From NCBI RefSeq assembly GCF_036321535.1, contig NC_087437.1, positions 64,792,001 through 64,856,000 of the forward strand: a DNA stretch of 64,000 nt. Direction: 5' to 3'. The notes under the pieces are model-generated. The model did no database searches, was not told the origin of the DNA, and saw only the letters and a program-made list of their open reading frames with translations. Positions 28,700 to 42,566 of this stretch are shown here, one piece after another. The position numbers and the translations under genes were made by a program. This DNA comes from Camelus dromedarius. Lineage: Eukaryota. Position 1 is the first letter of the stretch, and every line of letters starts with the position of its first letter.

Positions 28700-30130
28700 T
28701 TCCACCTAGTCCCAGCTACCTAGTCCTAACTGGTCTCCCTGCTTTCACTCTTGCTCTAAAATAATCGATTCCCCCTCCCCTATATTCCACATAGCAGTTA
28801 GAGTAATCTTTTAAACACCAACAAATGGCCTGCCTCTCCAGCCCCATTTTGTTCAAAACTCTCTTTGCTCGGTATTTGCAGCCACCCCAGTCTCTTACCT
28901 GTTCCTAGAACACACCAGGCTCTTTGGCCTTGCTGTTAGCTCTGCCTGGAGTGCTCTCCTCCTGACTGGCCCCTTCTCACTCTTCAGGTCTGACCCTAAA
29001 TGTCTTTCCTGACTACTGTATCAAAAGTTGTCCTCACCCAGTTGTCTGATACCCCTTTGTATTTTGAATTCATAACATGTATCTTTATTCACATAGTCTG
29101 TAACATGTAACTAATTTGCAAAGGCAAATAGGTAATTATTTATCTGTTTATTTATTTATTAACAACTCTCTAGCTCTAGATTGTAACCCCTTGAGGGTAG
29201 GGACCTGTCTGTCTTATTCATAGCTGAATCTTCAGTACTTAGCATAGTGTCTAGAATTTAGTAGGGGCTCAATAACTATTTGTTGAATAAATAGATTATT
29301 CACCCCACCCCTTTCCTACCTTCCAGTTTGCCACGAGATCCTATAGACTTTGCCTCTCAAGTAACTCTTGATTCTTTTCATTTCTGTCCAGCTTCACCAT
29401 TCCCTCTTAGGTCAAGCTACCATCAACTCTCATGTGGCCTGCTGAGCTGACCTCTTACACTAGCTCCCTGCATTCACTTGGGTCCCCCCCCCCCCAATCC
29501 ATTCTTCTCTTTGCAATGGAAGTGATCTTTGAAAACAGAAATTTGGTTACTTCATGTTCTTGCTTAATTGCTTAATCACTTCAATGACTTCCTTTGCTAT
29601 GAGAGTCAAGACCACAATTCTTAGCGTGGTCTACAAAGGTCCTGCCTGTTTCAGTCCCAGTCGGCCCCCAACCTCATTTCCTGCTCCACAACCCATCACT
29701 CTGACTACTCCACATGTGACTATGTCCTGTACCTTCTAGCCTCTTGGCTTTTGCATCTGTCATTCCTTCCACTGGGAATCTGCTTCTCCTCACTCTTTGC
29801 TACATTTGCCCTGCTCATTATTTGGGACTCAGCACACATGTCATTTACTTAAGGAAACTTACCCTGAATCCTCCCTGTCCACTCCCCAGTCATCCATATA
29901 AGATTGGGTCCCCTTGGCTACATGACCCCATGGAATTATATCTTCCCATCATTGCACTTAAGTTCTAATAGAATATTCATTTCCGTAATTATTTGTTTAC
30001 CACTGTCTCCTTCACTAGACAGTAAGCTCCACGGGGATGAGGGCTATGTCTGTTTGGTTCTCTGTTGTATCTCCAGAGGATGCACAATGCCTTATATATA
30101 ATAAACACTCAATAAATACATGAGGAATGA
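28700..30130 (+). mobile_element. Two L2 3' fragments in series (other probable L2 at ~6730-7220, 47820-48400, 57170-57400)
   Basis: L2 strings ctaactggtctccctgct, ctagattgtaacccctt, ctcaataactatttgttgaataaat and ctagacagtaagctcc...ctcaataaat. Confidence 0.7.
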
Positions 30131-33100
30131 ATACAAATGAAAAAGCAGACATTCCAAATGGTGAAATTATAGCAATAAATTATGTATCAGTAACAGCAGC
30201 TCATGATTGCTGAGGGACTCTTTCATGTGTCTAAAGTCCTGATAACATACACACTGACAGCTTTCTTACTTACAGAGTCAATAAATTCCCATCTTTGTGT
30301 TAATAATAAGACCAGAAATAACAGCTAACATTTATTGAGCACCCTTTAAGTGCCTGTACTAGTACCTGAAATTCAGCCCTCCCAATCACCTATCAGGATG
30401 GTATAGTTATCACTCCCATTGTTATAGCTGAGACAACTGTAGCTGTTAATCTTTCTCCCCTTTATCAATGCATCATTCACGGGAATTCATATTCCCTTGT
30501 TCTGTGAAAGAAGAGCTGATGAATTTTGAATGTCAAAAGAACTTTCAGGTAAACAGTAAACTGACCAGATCTTTTTAAAATTCCAAGATAGACACCCCAG
30601 GCTGAGATCATTCACACTCCTTGACCCTTACCCCCAGCTACTGAAAGCTAGAAATGCCAGAGGTGATGACTCAAACTGTGACCCACTAGCTTTCTCTGAT
30701 TTTCCTTGCCCACACTTGATCATGAGGTCAAGGGTAAGGCAGTCTTGAAGGGATAAACCTGTAGCCTCAGGAGTCTGGAAGGGGAGAGAGTGGTCCTACA
30801 CACTTACGCTTTGATGATGTGGCCATGGAGTGACTGTGTTTGTAGGAGGTACACCCATCAAGAAAGAAGATTAATTTGACAAACGTACTTAAATAATAGT
30901 GCCTTCCGTTTGTATAGGGCTTGACAGTTTACAAAAGAGCTTTCATGTCCATGACTTAATTTGATTCTCATAACACCTCATGAAAAGTGGACATTATGAA
31001 CATCCCATTAAAGATGAGCAAACAGAGGCTCTGCGAGGGTAAGGACCTGGCCGAGCCCACAGCCTGCAAGGGGCACAAGCCTGGCTCAGTTCCAGAGTTT
31101 ATGGCTCCCTAGGATTCTGTCCCCCCATGCACGTGTCCTTCAGAGACGGCCCCTTGGAGGGCAGCTCTTGTTGATGCTCAGAACACTTTTGACATGGGTG
31201 CCCTTTTGGAGCCAATTTCTGAGCTGTCCAAGGAAACCAATTACACCTGGCTTGGCAACAAAAATCTTGTTACTCAGCTTAATCATTACCTTTATCAGAT
31301 TTAGCTGGGTCCTGGCAACAGGACCTATTTCCAAAAATCAAATCCTCCTTCAAAGGTGGAAACTTCACCAAAACTGATGATATTCAAAAGAATGGGATAT
31401 AAAGAGAAATGCCTGGGATAATGTTCACCAAATATTAATAATTAACTTTTAGGTTTTTATAAAAAAAAACCTTTTAAAAAACCTTCTGTTCTTTTCTACA
31501 TTACTTGAAATCTCGATAATAAGCTATGTTTCATTTTAGTGAGAAACAACAGAAAGAGATTTCTTAAATACAGAAAAGTGTTAGAAGCAAATATGCCAAA
31601 ATATTGACACTAGCTAATTCTGAGCTGTAAATACAAGTGGTTGTCATTTATGTACATGCGTGTGTTTTTCCTTTACCCAACTCCCCGAAAAGCTTCTGAG
31701 CAACAGAAGCATCACAGAATAAATGGAAAGCCTTTCAAAAGACTTTTCTTAAAAGGAGACCACACTCATGTGCACACACCAGTGTGTTGGTTAAAGATAA
31801 GTCAGTAAGTTATTTTATGCAGTTATTTTATGCTTCATTCATAGTCCAACTGTCCAGCTGTGCCCTTAGTTTGCTCCTGGAGGCAGAGGGCTGTCATAAT
31901 ATGGCCCAGCTTACTCATCTGTGCAGGCAAAGATTCTTTAGTTGTTTTTTTTAATTCACAATGATGCTATATTTGGGAGAGTGGAAAAGGCAAGGATAAA
32001 CCTACCTCCTTCTTTCCTCTACCCTCCCCCTTAGTGGTCCAGAGAACTCTGGTTTATGTCCTTTCAGTGGCAAAGATTAGTCTCTTGGTGATGCATTCCA
32101 CACTCCTGAGGTTAATAAATGACTCTGAAGAAAAAGCAAGTCATTTATCATGGGCTTTTGTGTGACCCTCAGTCTAGTCAGTGAAAAAGTATTGTACTAT
32201 GGGCACTTTCAAATAAGGAATTGGCCTTACTGCCCCATTGCCATGTACCCAGTTAGGGGACATGGTCTTCTCTTGGTCACTTTCATTCCAAAAGACTCCT
32301 TAGCAGCTAAGGGAGATTGTATGTGGCTAAGTTTTAGCCATTAGAGTCTAGACCGTAAAGTGCTCCTATACAGTTCGAGTACAAAGTGAACGACAACTGG
32401 GCTCACTTGAAAAGCAGCACATCTTTCCCCGTTGGGCTAGGGCTGGGACTCACTGTGTTCAACATGCGATGTTAGATGATCTTGATGTTCCCAGCCCAGC
32501 ACCTCCACCTCCCACCCAGCCCCACCATCTCCCGAAGGTTTATGAACGTTCTAAACTAAGAGAGAGCAGAAGGCTTGCGTCTCCATCTTCTTGCCTGATT
32601 CATGTAAGTGAGAAACTGGAGAACCGGGTTTTCTTCTAGCTCTGAAACTGCCTGTCCACTGCCCCCCTCCCATTAAGACACCATAAAGCTGCTGTGGCAT
32701 GTTTTAAGAGAAGTTCTGAAGAAAGCTTTCTTTTTTCTTTTCTTTTTTTTTTTTTTAAAAAGAAGACAGCTCAAATTAAAGACTTTAATGGCTAAAGTGG
32801 ATATTCTCCATTAAAGAATCTTCCAATGGATACCGCAGGTAGAAAAAAAAGAGGAGAGTCATAAAATAGAATCAACAAAAGAGCAAATGACAGAATCTGG
32901 CACAGAGATGGGAGGGACAAAGGGATAAGGAAATAGTATACAAATAGCAAAAATACAGACACTTCCAAAAGCCACTGTGTAGTTTTCCAGAAGAGGTGAT
33001 GACAAAGGGTCAGGTGTTGAGGAGCTAAATACGGCAGACAATGCACTGGTTTAGGTCCTGGACAATAGGTAGAATCTGGTCAAGAGGAACAACTACATGG

Positions 33101-34338
33101 AAGAAATGAGAAAGACATCTTCAAGTGGAAGGCTTGCACCTCTTAGAAACCAGAGTTAAAATAGTCAGAGGCCACACTGAACAAGTCATCCTAATTATCT
33201 TTGACCTTTCCTCACTACAGTCATCAAAATTGTAGAGAGAATAAGTGATTTCAGCAATTGAGATAGGTGTTTTTAGACACTGGCTTAGTAACCATACATA
33301 AATAGCTAGAAAAAACAGAAGAGTCTACTATGTCTCATAAAGGTAATACATATGTGGTATGGTGTCCAAGTATGTGTATTTCAGTCTGAGAGAAGGTGAC
33401 CCAGACAAGCTGGCTTATGTTCAGAGAAGACAAACAGGACAATAAAAGCTTGGACATGAAGCCATGGGGAGGAAACAACTGTGGGAACTAACCCTGAAAG
33501 TCTCCCTAGAGAAAAGAATTCTTAGTTGGGACATGATTGGGACCTTCAGGATGCTAAAAAGGGGTCTTAGATTTTTTTCTAGGTGGGTCAGAGAATAGGA
33601 CTGGACAGACAGGTAGAAATTCCAAGAAAACAGATTTTGGTGTAATGGGAGAATTTTCTAACCACCAGGACTGTACAACAATGCACTAGGTCTCCAACAC
33701 AGCACAAGAAAAATTTCCCATTACAAGTAGGACTAGGCAGCAGTGGAAACAATGCCTCCCAACGTGAGGGTGTAAAAGTTTCCAGAAAGAGCCTAGATGA
33801 TCAGGTGTAAGGGAACTGGAGAGGACATCTGATGCTGGGTGACTGTGGACATGAGAGCTGAGGTACAATTAGAAGAACCTCAATTCTAAGAACTATCTCA
33901 AATTTATATTGCACTCCTCTTTCTTGGAACTTAAAGTGCTTTTACCTCTAATCACAGAACAATGAAGCAACTTGCTTAGAAATTGTCTGTAGCCAATTTG
34001 GGATGAAAACCCTTCCTAGGACTATAATTCTCAACAGTTTCTATGCCACATATGAAGCCACTTGAGTTTGCCCAAAGGCAAGCTTTTCAGATTCTATACA
34101 GTAAACACTGGGATATTGATTTATGTTTTAATATGCCAATAAATTGAGTCAAGCACTCCTAATGACAAATTTGTAAAATCAAGTAAATGAATGCAGTTAC
34201 TCTGATTGACCTCTGGAAAGTCACTCCTGTTGTTGGGGCCCTGCTGGACCAGTGAGGATCACCTCTTTGGGTCATTCTAGCTCTGTTATATCGTATACTA
34301 TCAAAGCCAGAGGCAGCTTTAAGACATTGGTGTCCCAG

Positions 34339-35517
34339 CAAAACATTATCTCACATACATCTCAAAAATGTTCTCCTAGGGCAGTCTACCCTAGCAATAG
34401 AAATAAAAGCAAGAATAAACAAATGGGACCTAATGAAACTTACAAGCTTCTGCACAGCAAAGGAAACCGTAAGTAAAACAAAATGACAACCTACAGAATG
34501 GGAGAAAATTTTTGCAAATGAAACCGACAAAGGCTTGATCTCCAGAATATATAAGCAGCTCATATGACTTAATAAGAAAAAAACAAACAACCCAATCCAA
34601 AAATGGGCAGGGACCTAAACAAGCAATTCTCCAAGGAAGAAATACAAATGATTAATAGGCACATGAAAAAATGCTCAACATCACTAATTATCAGAGAAAT
34701 GCAAATCAAAACTACAATGAGGTATTACCTCACACCAGTCAGAATGGCCATCATTCTAAAGTCCACAAATGACAAATGCTGGAGAGGCTGTGGAGAAAAG
34801 GGAACCCTCCTACACTGCTGGTGGGAATGCAGTTTGGTACAGCCACTGTGGAAAACAGTATGGAGATTCCTCAAAAGACTAGGAATAGACTTATCATATG
34901 ACCCAGTAATCCCAGTCCTGGGCATATATCCAGAAGCAACCCTACTTCAAAATGACACCTGCGCCCCAATGTTCATAGCAGCACTATTTACAATAGCCAA
35001 GACATGGAAACAGCCTAAATGTCCATCAACAAATGACTGGATAAAGAAGATGTGGTATATTTATAAAATGGAATACTATTCAGCCATAAAAACTGACAAC
35101 ATAACGCCATTTGCAGCCACATGGATGTTCCTGGAGAATGTCATTCTAAGTGAAGTAAGCCAGAAAGAGAAAGAAAAATACCATATGAGATCGCTCACAT
35201 GTGGAATCTAAAACAAACAAACAAACAAACAAAACAGAAATAGACTCATAGACATAGAATACAAACTTGTGGTTGCCAAGGGGGCAGAGGGTGGGAAGGG
35301 ACAGACTGGGATTTCAAAATGTAGAATAGATAAACAAGATTATACTGTATAGCACAGGGAAACATATATAGGATATTGCAGTAGCTCACAGCAAAAAAAA
35401 ATGTGTGACAATGAATATATGAATGTTGATGTATAACTGAAAGGTTGTGCTCTACATTGGAATTTGACACAACATTGTAAAATGACTATAACTCAATTAA
35501 AAAACGTTAAAAAAAAG
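34339..35517 (+). mobile_element. Young 5'-truncated LINE-1 (ORF2 C-terminus, 3'UTR, A tail)
   Basis: ORF 34603-35211 encodes the L1 ORF2p C-terminus with the CCHC motif [18 protein letters not shown]. Target-site duplication aagacat(t)ggtgtcccag at 34321-34338 and 35518-35534. Confidence 0.97.
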
Positions 35518-38500
35518 AAGACATGGTGTCCCAGACAGCCAAGCTAGCCCTTGCCAGGGAGGTGGCTGGCAGCAGGTAAGAAAGGAGAATGGAGAACTCA
35601 TGCCCCTCCTATTTTTTTTTATCAGTTGCTTATTCACACTGTTGATGGGTAAAAACCTAAGTTCAGAAGCCTAATATGACTCTGGCCCTATGTGCAGAGT
35701 TAGCCTCTGGCTCCCTCTGGCATGTCTGGTATTGCTTTCCATCCAGCAGGGTAAGCCCCAAACGCCTCTTCCTTGATTGACTCTCCCTGTCCCATCCCTG
35801 CCACCTCACAGGCCCTGAGCCCAAGTCCAAGCGTCTCTGGCAGGGATTGCAGCCCCGGAAGTGATGAACGTGACTTTAAGCTTTGTCTGCTTGCAGTATT
35901 TCCCTTTTTCTTTTCTACTTTAAGAATAAATCCAGTTTATCTGCTTAATAGGAAACGTGCATTAAGTCACGGGGCTTGGGTTTCTGGTTTATCCAGCATT
36001 CACTGTCTTACTTGGCAGAGGCCCATCTCTATGTGGAACAGATCGTCACAAGGACTGTGGCTTAAATGGCTATCGTGTCACTTCCCCTTCCCAAAGCCAC
36101 ACAGGTCTCACTGTGATCCTTCCCCTCAATGTTCTTTGTGGGCTGCAAACTGAATAATCAGCCCCACCTGATGTATTTGATTACTCATGGTCTCCTTTCA
36201 TGCATTCCTATGTGAGACCCTTCCTCTGTTCCGTCCCAAATGTCCCACTTCCTCCTGCATTTCCCTCTCCTTCCATTCTCCCATGTTTGGGGGTGGCCAT
36301 CTGTCCTCCTCTGGGGAGTACTCATGGTAGCTGCCGTCATTCTCTGCAGTTTTCCTCCTTCTTTCTCGGGCACTTTAATAATTTTGTTTCCTTGTCTCTG
36401 TTCTGCCCGTTGTTGGGATGCTTTAAAGAGAGAGTATTAGGACAATGCTTTTCAACGTGTGATTCCAGAACCTGCAGCATCGGCATCATCTAGGAACTTC
36501 TTAGAAATGCAAATTCTCAGGCCCCAATCCAGACCTGCTGAGACATAAACTCTGGGGTAGGGCCCAATAACATGTGATTATGATACCCACCCATTGCGTT
36601 AAGAGGTGGTTCTGGCTGGGGACTCAGAACTACTCAAATCCTGCCCTCAAGGTTTCAGAGGAAAATGCACGTGCAGAGATTAGCTGAGCTTTGGCCCCCT
36701 AACCCCACGTCAAACTCGAGTGACTGAGGGTGGGCCAGAAGGAGGATCCTTCATTCTCCACTAAGTTAGCCTAGGTGATCTAGATCTAAGGCAATCTTGC
36801 CTCTTTCTCCAAGGCTAAACTCGAGCTGAGTTCTTCTCAATCAAATATGAGAAAAGTGTGCTCCAAAATACACAGAAACTTGGTGCGAGAGATGCCGCAC
36901 AAAACATGCAAAGATAAAACGTTAAAAGCCTTCCCTTCAAAATCAGGAACAAGGATGCCTGATCATCATTAGTGCTGGGGTTAGTTTAGCAGTGCAGCTA
37001 CCCTAGGCTGTAACACAGACGCAACCAGCACTTTCATACTAATGGACAGGGAGGAAATGAAAGCATCATGGAAATCTCACTCTTATGGCTATGAGGCCCA
37101 GCTGCTCTGCAGACCCCTTACAAGTTTTGGGAGAATTGCAAAAGGAAGATTACAAGCCCTGAGATGCGTCAGCTGTCAGAGTGAATCGATAGTACCACCC
37201 AAGCAATATTAGGAATAATGACCTCAAGAAGAAGGAGGAAGGGAGAAATGGAGAGGGGGAGGGGGAGGAGGGGAAAAGGAAAGAATCAAAGTGTACAGGC
37301 CAGATGAATGTGTCCCACTGTACTGGCCCTAGTAGGTCTCATTATGGTGGAAGCAGCTCTAAAGGTGTCCAAGTTGGGAGTGGGTGGGTGAGAACTCTTG
37401 ACAGGGACTTGAATGAAGACAAGGATGCAGAGTGAAACTGGGAAGTAAAACAATGGAAATGGAATTTGAGTAAATATGAAAGGAGGATGGTCTGGAAAGC
37501 CTCAAGAAGAACTAAGAGTTAAAGGGCAGTGCAGACACTTCTCTGCCAGTGCAGGGCCTCATGAAAACGCTCCTCCTCATGACACCGCACAACAGCAGGA
37601 CAAGCTTCAGCAAACCACCCACACCTACAGTGCAGGGCAGGGGATTAAGAAGGGTTCAACCTGGCCTCTTTTTGCCTTCTTGCCGGTGTAGCTTGATTTT
37701 ACCAAATTAGGAAGGGACAAGGTGGAAGTCAGGGGGTAGGAAGGGTGGGAAGGGGCATAAGGGAGGCAATCAGTCTCCATCATGGCTATTCCAAGGGGAA
37801 CCCAGAGACGGAAGGGATGGGCCCTGCCTTCAAGGAGTTCTGAGTCCAGTTAGGAAGAAAAAATCCCTTGGTACGAAAACACATGATAAATGATCAAATA
37901 AGAACAGAGGATGCAGAGGGGTGTGGGATGAGGGAGGCATAACTGGGAAAGCTTCCTGGCATAGAAAGCCTTGATGGAATCTGAACAGGTGATGAGAAAA
38001 GGGTGGGTTACACATTGGGGAGCTACGTAGCTGGGGCAAGACTGAGAAGGGGTGTCCCTGGAGACCTGGTGACATGTACCACCATGTGAAAGGGGTAGGA
38101 CAGTAAAATGGAAAGTAAATTATTCCTCACATCAGTTTTCTCACCTCTAAAATTAGGATAATAATGTCCTGCTTTCAGGGTGGTTGAAAGGATGAAAAAA
38201 TAATATGAATAAAGCACTAATACAGTTATGGGCACATGGTGAATACTTAGAAAGTGATAGATAAATTTATTATACTACTACTCCTGGGCATAAAAGCACA
38301 GCATAGAAATAAGAGGCTAGGAGAATGATAATATAAAAAACAATATTACTAGAAATGAAAATGTTCACATAAAAAAAGGTACAACGTGAGGGGTGTTAAA
38401 AATCTAAGGTATGGATGACAGCAGGGCCACCTAACGTGTGGTCCCCCATCAGCATCACTGTGAGAGCTGTAAGAATGGCAGACACTTGTCTCCATCCCAG

Positions 38501-40339
38501 GCTTACTTAATCAGAATTTCTAGGGGTGGAATTCAGCAATCTACATGTTATTAATACCTCCCACCTTAAAGTATGAAAGCCCTGGACTACAGGATTTGGG
38601 AAAGTCTCTTGGCCAAGAGATTAGCTCAGAGGAGACACACCTGATTCCAGTTGGCTTTGCCCTCAAAATTAATATTCTCACTTGTGCACGAGGGTTACTA
38701 ATTTATAAAGAGAACTTTAGAGAGTCTGCAAGGAAAGTAAAACTATGGAAAAGAATTAAGATTGACTGTAGTATTAGAATATAGCCACAGAAAGTGGGAT
38801 AAAGTTGTGTTAGTTTATGTTATTCAATCACGTTTTCCTGATAATTAAGTTCTAAAAAAACCCTTTACATTTTTAGAGCTTGAGGATTTTGGAACTGTAA
38901 ACCTATATTGATTCACTGAAGCCACAAAACAACCTTACGTGATAGGTACTCTTGTCATCCCCAGTGTATAGGTGAGGGAAGTGACAGGTGGAGAGGTTTC
39001 CAGAGTTAAAGGGCTAATGACTGGCAGAGTCAGGATTTGAACCCAGGTAGTGAGACCCCAGATCCATGCTGCCAGTTGTGAGTCTGGGCTGCTCGATCCC
39101 CACCATAGTTTATTTAACCAGTCCCTTCTTGCTGGACATGCAGGTTGTTTCTAATGTTTCACTTTCATTAATAAACACTGTGAAGCACATCCTTGGGTAA
39201 AAGTTTTTAACCATATTTCTGATGATTTCTTTAGGATAGAGTTCTAAAAATTGAAATCCTTGGTTAAGAGTGATAAACAATTTTAAAGCAACTGGGTTCC
39301 AATGTGTTAGGAGGGTAGCCATTTCCTCACTCCACCAGCACTATCTTTAAGGTCTTAGTATTCTTCCTCAACACACTGGTTATCATTTAAAAAATTCTTA
39401 CTTCTTTTATCAAGTAAAGTTAGAATATTTTTATATGTTCACTGACCATGGGCTTTTCCTCATTTAAAAACTGTTACATACTTTGCCCACTTTTTAAAAA
39501 CCATGGTTTTAAATTCTATGAGCTCTTTAGACATTGAAACTCATCATCATTTGGCATCCTTGCTGCGATATTTTTTAGTTGATTTTCCTTTTAATTTAAT
39601 TATGACTTTTCATATGTAAGTACTTTGTATATTAAACTTGTGTATTTTATACATAGGTATTTTAACTGTTTTTTTTAAATGTTTACATAATAAAATCTAT
39701 TGATATTTTCCTTCATGATGCTCTGTTACTTCTGCACTTTCAACAAACTTCCTCTTTCCCATAAAATATCCTCTTGTCTCCTCTCAACCCCCCTCAAAAT
39801 AGAAACTTACCAAACTTCAAGTTTTAACTTGAAGCTACTATTTGAGTATATTTACAGTAAGAAGTTCATATTTTTTCCAGAAAGCTAAATAAGCTGTGTG
39901 CTCATGTTTTCAGGTGGGTATTCTTTGAAACCTATCCAGGAAACCTGCAGAGGATGGAGAGACAGCCAGATGGTGGGAAGAACAGAGGGCTAGAAATCCA
40001 GGCGGAAGCGTTAATCAGGGCTGTCATTTACAATTGTGTTTTTTTCTGGCAAATCACCCCACCTTTCAGGGCTGGTTTCCTCATGTGTAAAACAGAGATG
40101 ATAACACCCATCCTGCCATCTCCCTTATTTATCTTGTGAGATGTTCTGAAGATCATGATAAAATGAGTTAATGAGTTAATGATAGAAGAGTGCTTTGTCA
40201 ATCACTGACTGCTATACCAGCCTACACCCGTATTAGACGAGTTCACTCAGCTCCTCCAATGTACCAGGCACTGTGCTGGACTCTGGGGTTTCAGTGGTAA
40301 ATAAGACATGCTGTCTGTGCTTGATGACCTTGAACAATG

Positions 40340-40540
40340 TGTATTAGTTCATTTAAGTCCTTTGACAATCAATGAGGTAGATAATATTAATAACTCCAGT
40401 TTATAGATAAGGAAACTGAGGCACAGAGAGGTTGAACAACTTGCCCAAGGTCACACAATCAGTAAACTGTAGAGCTGGGACACGAGCCCAGGCAGTCTAA
40501 CTACAGAGCCCAGACATTTAACCTATGTACTGTACTGCCT
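40340..40540 (-). mobile_element. MIR SINE (clearest copy; other probable MIRs at ~3680-3850, 7240-7400, 21200-21420, 22730-22850, 38120-38260, 38900-39070, 46170-46310, 56450-56630)
   Basis: CORE motif ataaggaaactgaggcacagagaggttgaacaacttgcccaaggtcacac. Confidence 0.85.
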
Positions 40541-40976
40541 CTCCTAAGACGAGGCTGAAAACTGGCTGACAACTGCACAGAGCCAAACTTTATTTGGAAT
40601 ATATTGATTTTTAAAAGTGCAGAAAGAGAAGGCCACTTGGCCTCCTCACTACCTTCTCCTGATGCGCAATAAACAAAACACTTAGCACAAAAGGGTCCTT
40701 GTGGGCAGGGGCATTGGGTGTAAGGATGAGTAAACCCAGATCCTGACCTGGTGCTCATGATCTGATGCACTTGGGGTCGGAAGCTGTAGTAGAGAACCTC
40801 GGCTGAGGGCTCCCCTCTCACCGGGTCTCTCACATCAGCTGGCACTTCTTCTATCCCTGGCCACGTTCTTCCCTCAGGGCTACCAGACCGGAGATCTGGA
40901 TTCTATGGCTGGTGTCTCTGAGTGCTTAGTGCCAACTCAATGCCTCACACACAGCAGGACTCAACTGATGCTTGTT

Positions 40977-41091
40977 TGTTTGGGTTTTTTTGGGGGGGGT
41001 AATTAAGTCAATTTATTTAATTTTTTTAAATGGAGGTACTGGGGATCGAACCCAGGACCTCCTGAATACTAAGCATACGGTCCACCACTGA
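40977..41091 (-). mobile_element. 5'-truncated copy of the same tRNA-derived SINE
   Basis: Reverse complement contains CAGTGG...GGTTCGATCCCCAGTACCTCC...TAATTACCCCCCCCAAAAAAA. Flanked by a near-duplicate actgatg(c/a)ttgtt at 40964-40976 and 41087-41099. Confidence 0.8.
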
Positions 41092-41851
41092 TGATTGTTG
41101 AACTAAAAGCTCATGTCAAATTACAGAACATTCAGAGAGACTGGAAGATATGATCATTCTTTCAACCATCAACTTCTATTACAAGGAGAAAAACAAAACT
41201 TTTTTTTTCCCCTAAGGACAAACAGCTCACAATTATTAGAGGGAACAATTACAATCTCTTTGAGTCTGCTTCTTTCTTTCTACATGAAAAACAACAATTT
41301 GAACAAGAAACATGCTTATTAGGAACTCCACCAACGAAATAACATGGGTGAAAGAAGTCAAATAACTCCATTTTTCAATTGTTTAGTAATTTTGCTTGTG
41401 TGTGTGTGAAACAGCAGTTGAAAGAATAATATCTAAAATTAGTTTCCTCTATAGGTATCTTATTACCTTTGTCCCCATCATCACTGATAAGCATTCTCTG
41501 AGGGTGGAGGAAAACAGGTTTCCACTCCATTCCCAGGGAAAAAAATCAATTGTAGATGAGAAATACATAAAAGCCAATTAATTCAGGTTAGTCATTCTTC
41601 CTGCTCTTTCAGTGTAAGGCTAGATAGACCTCAGAGACGAGGTGGGGCAAAGGAAACAGGCCAGGTAAACAGCTACCATATCCAAGCATTGTGTTAAGCA
41701 CTTTGCACATACAGTTCATTTAAACCTCACAACCACCTTTTGGAAGAGACATGACTTCAGTTTTACACATATCCAAGGGATATGCATCAGTAAAAACTGA
41801 GACTCACTGAGGTTAGACATGTTGCACAGAAATAGAAAGTCCACTTCTAAT

Positions 41852-41973
41852 ATGAAAACGAATATATGTTCGTGTATGACCAAAGCATTATGCTGTGCAC
41901 CAGAAATTGACACAATATTGTAAACTGACTGTACTTCAGTAAAAAAAATATATATATATATATACACCCCCAA
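41852..41973 (+). mobile_element. Extremely 5'-truncated L1 3' tail with TSD, inserted in a MIR-like element
   Basis: tgctgtgcaccagaaattgacacaatattgtaaactgactgtacttca plus an A/TA tail. TSD aaagtccactt(c/t)taat at 41836-41851 and 41974-41989. Confidence 0.85.
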
Positions 41974-42525
41974 AAAGTCCACTTTTAATCAAATTCTAGA
42001 CTGTCCATGGCAGAGGCAAACCTTCTTTTTCCCTCATTTCACATTTTGCCACCTCACTCATTGGCCGCACCTAATTATGTCTGTTCATTTCTGTGGCTTC
42101 AAGTAATTACACACTTGTTCAAGCAACTGAATCCAACAGTACCACATTCAATCAGCATTTCCCAGGATCCGTATTTAGGGGGAACAGGCATAAAGCTCCC
42201 AACTTTTCAGAAAACACTATCACCCACATCTGGATGATTATTCTGTCTTATGAATGGATGATGTGGTTTCCAAGACTACAGTAGGGACTACCTACATCCA
42301 TTAATTCTTACTGGCTTTAATAAAGGTAACCTGGTCAGTGGTTACTGGATTCTGGAAGGACACAAGAAAAAAATGGAAGGAAAATTGAGACAGGCTAGTG
42401 TCAGGCAAAAAAAGTTGAATGAAAAGTAGCAAGCATGAGTGAGTGTATGTGTGCCACTTTATGACAATGGCAAATGGATGAAGTCTAACGTCCATCTACC
42501 TTGAACTAAAAGCCTCCCAGAAATT

Positions 42526-42566
42526 AGAGAGAGAGAGAGAGAATGAATGAATGAATGAATGAATGA
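42526..42566. repeat. Compound microsatellite (AG)n(GAAT)n
   Basis: Directly visible. Confidence 0.9.

Noticed and set aside
34603..35211. 202-aa ORF as a host gene
   Set aside because: It is the ORF2p C-terminus of a 5'-truncated L1 with a TSD and lacks a promoter, ORF1 and the EN/RT domains.
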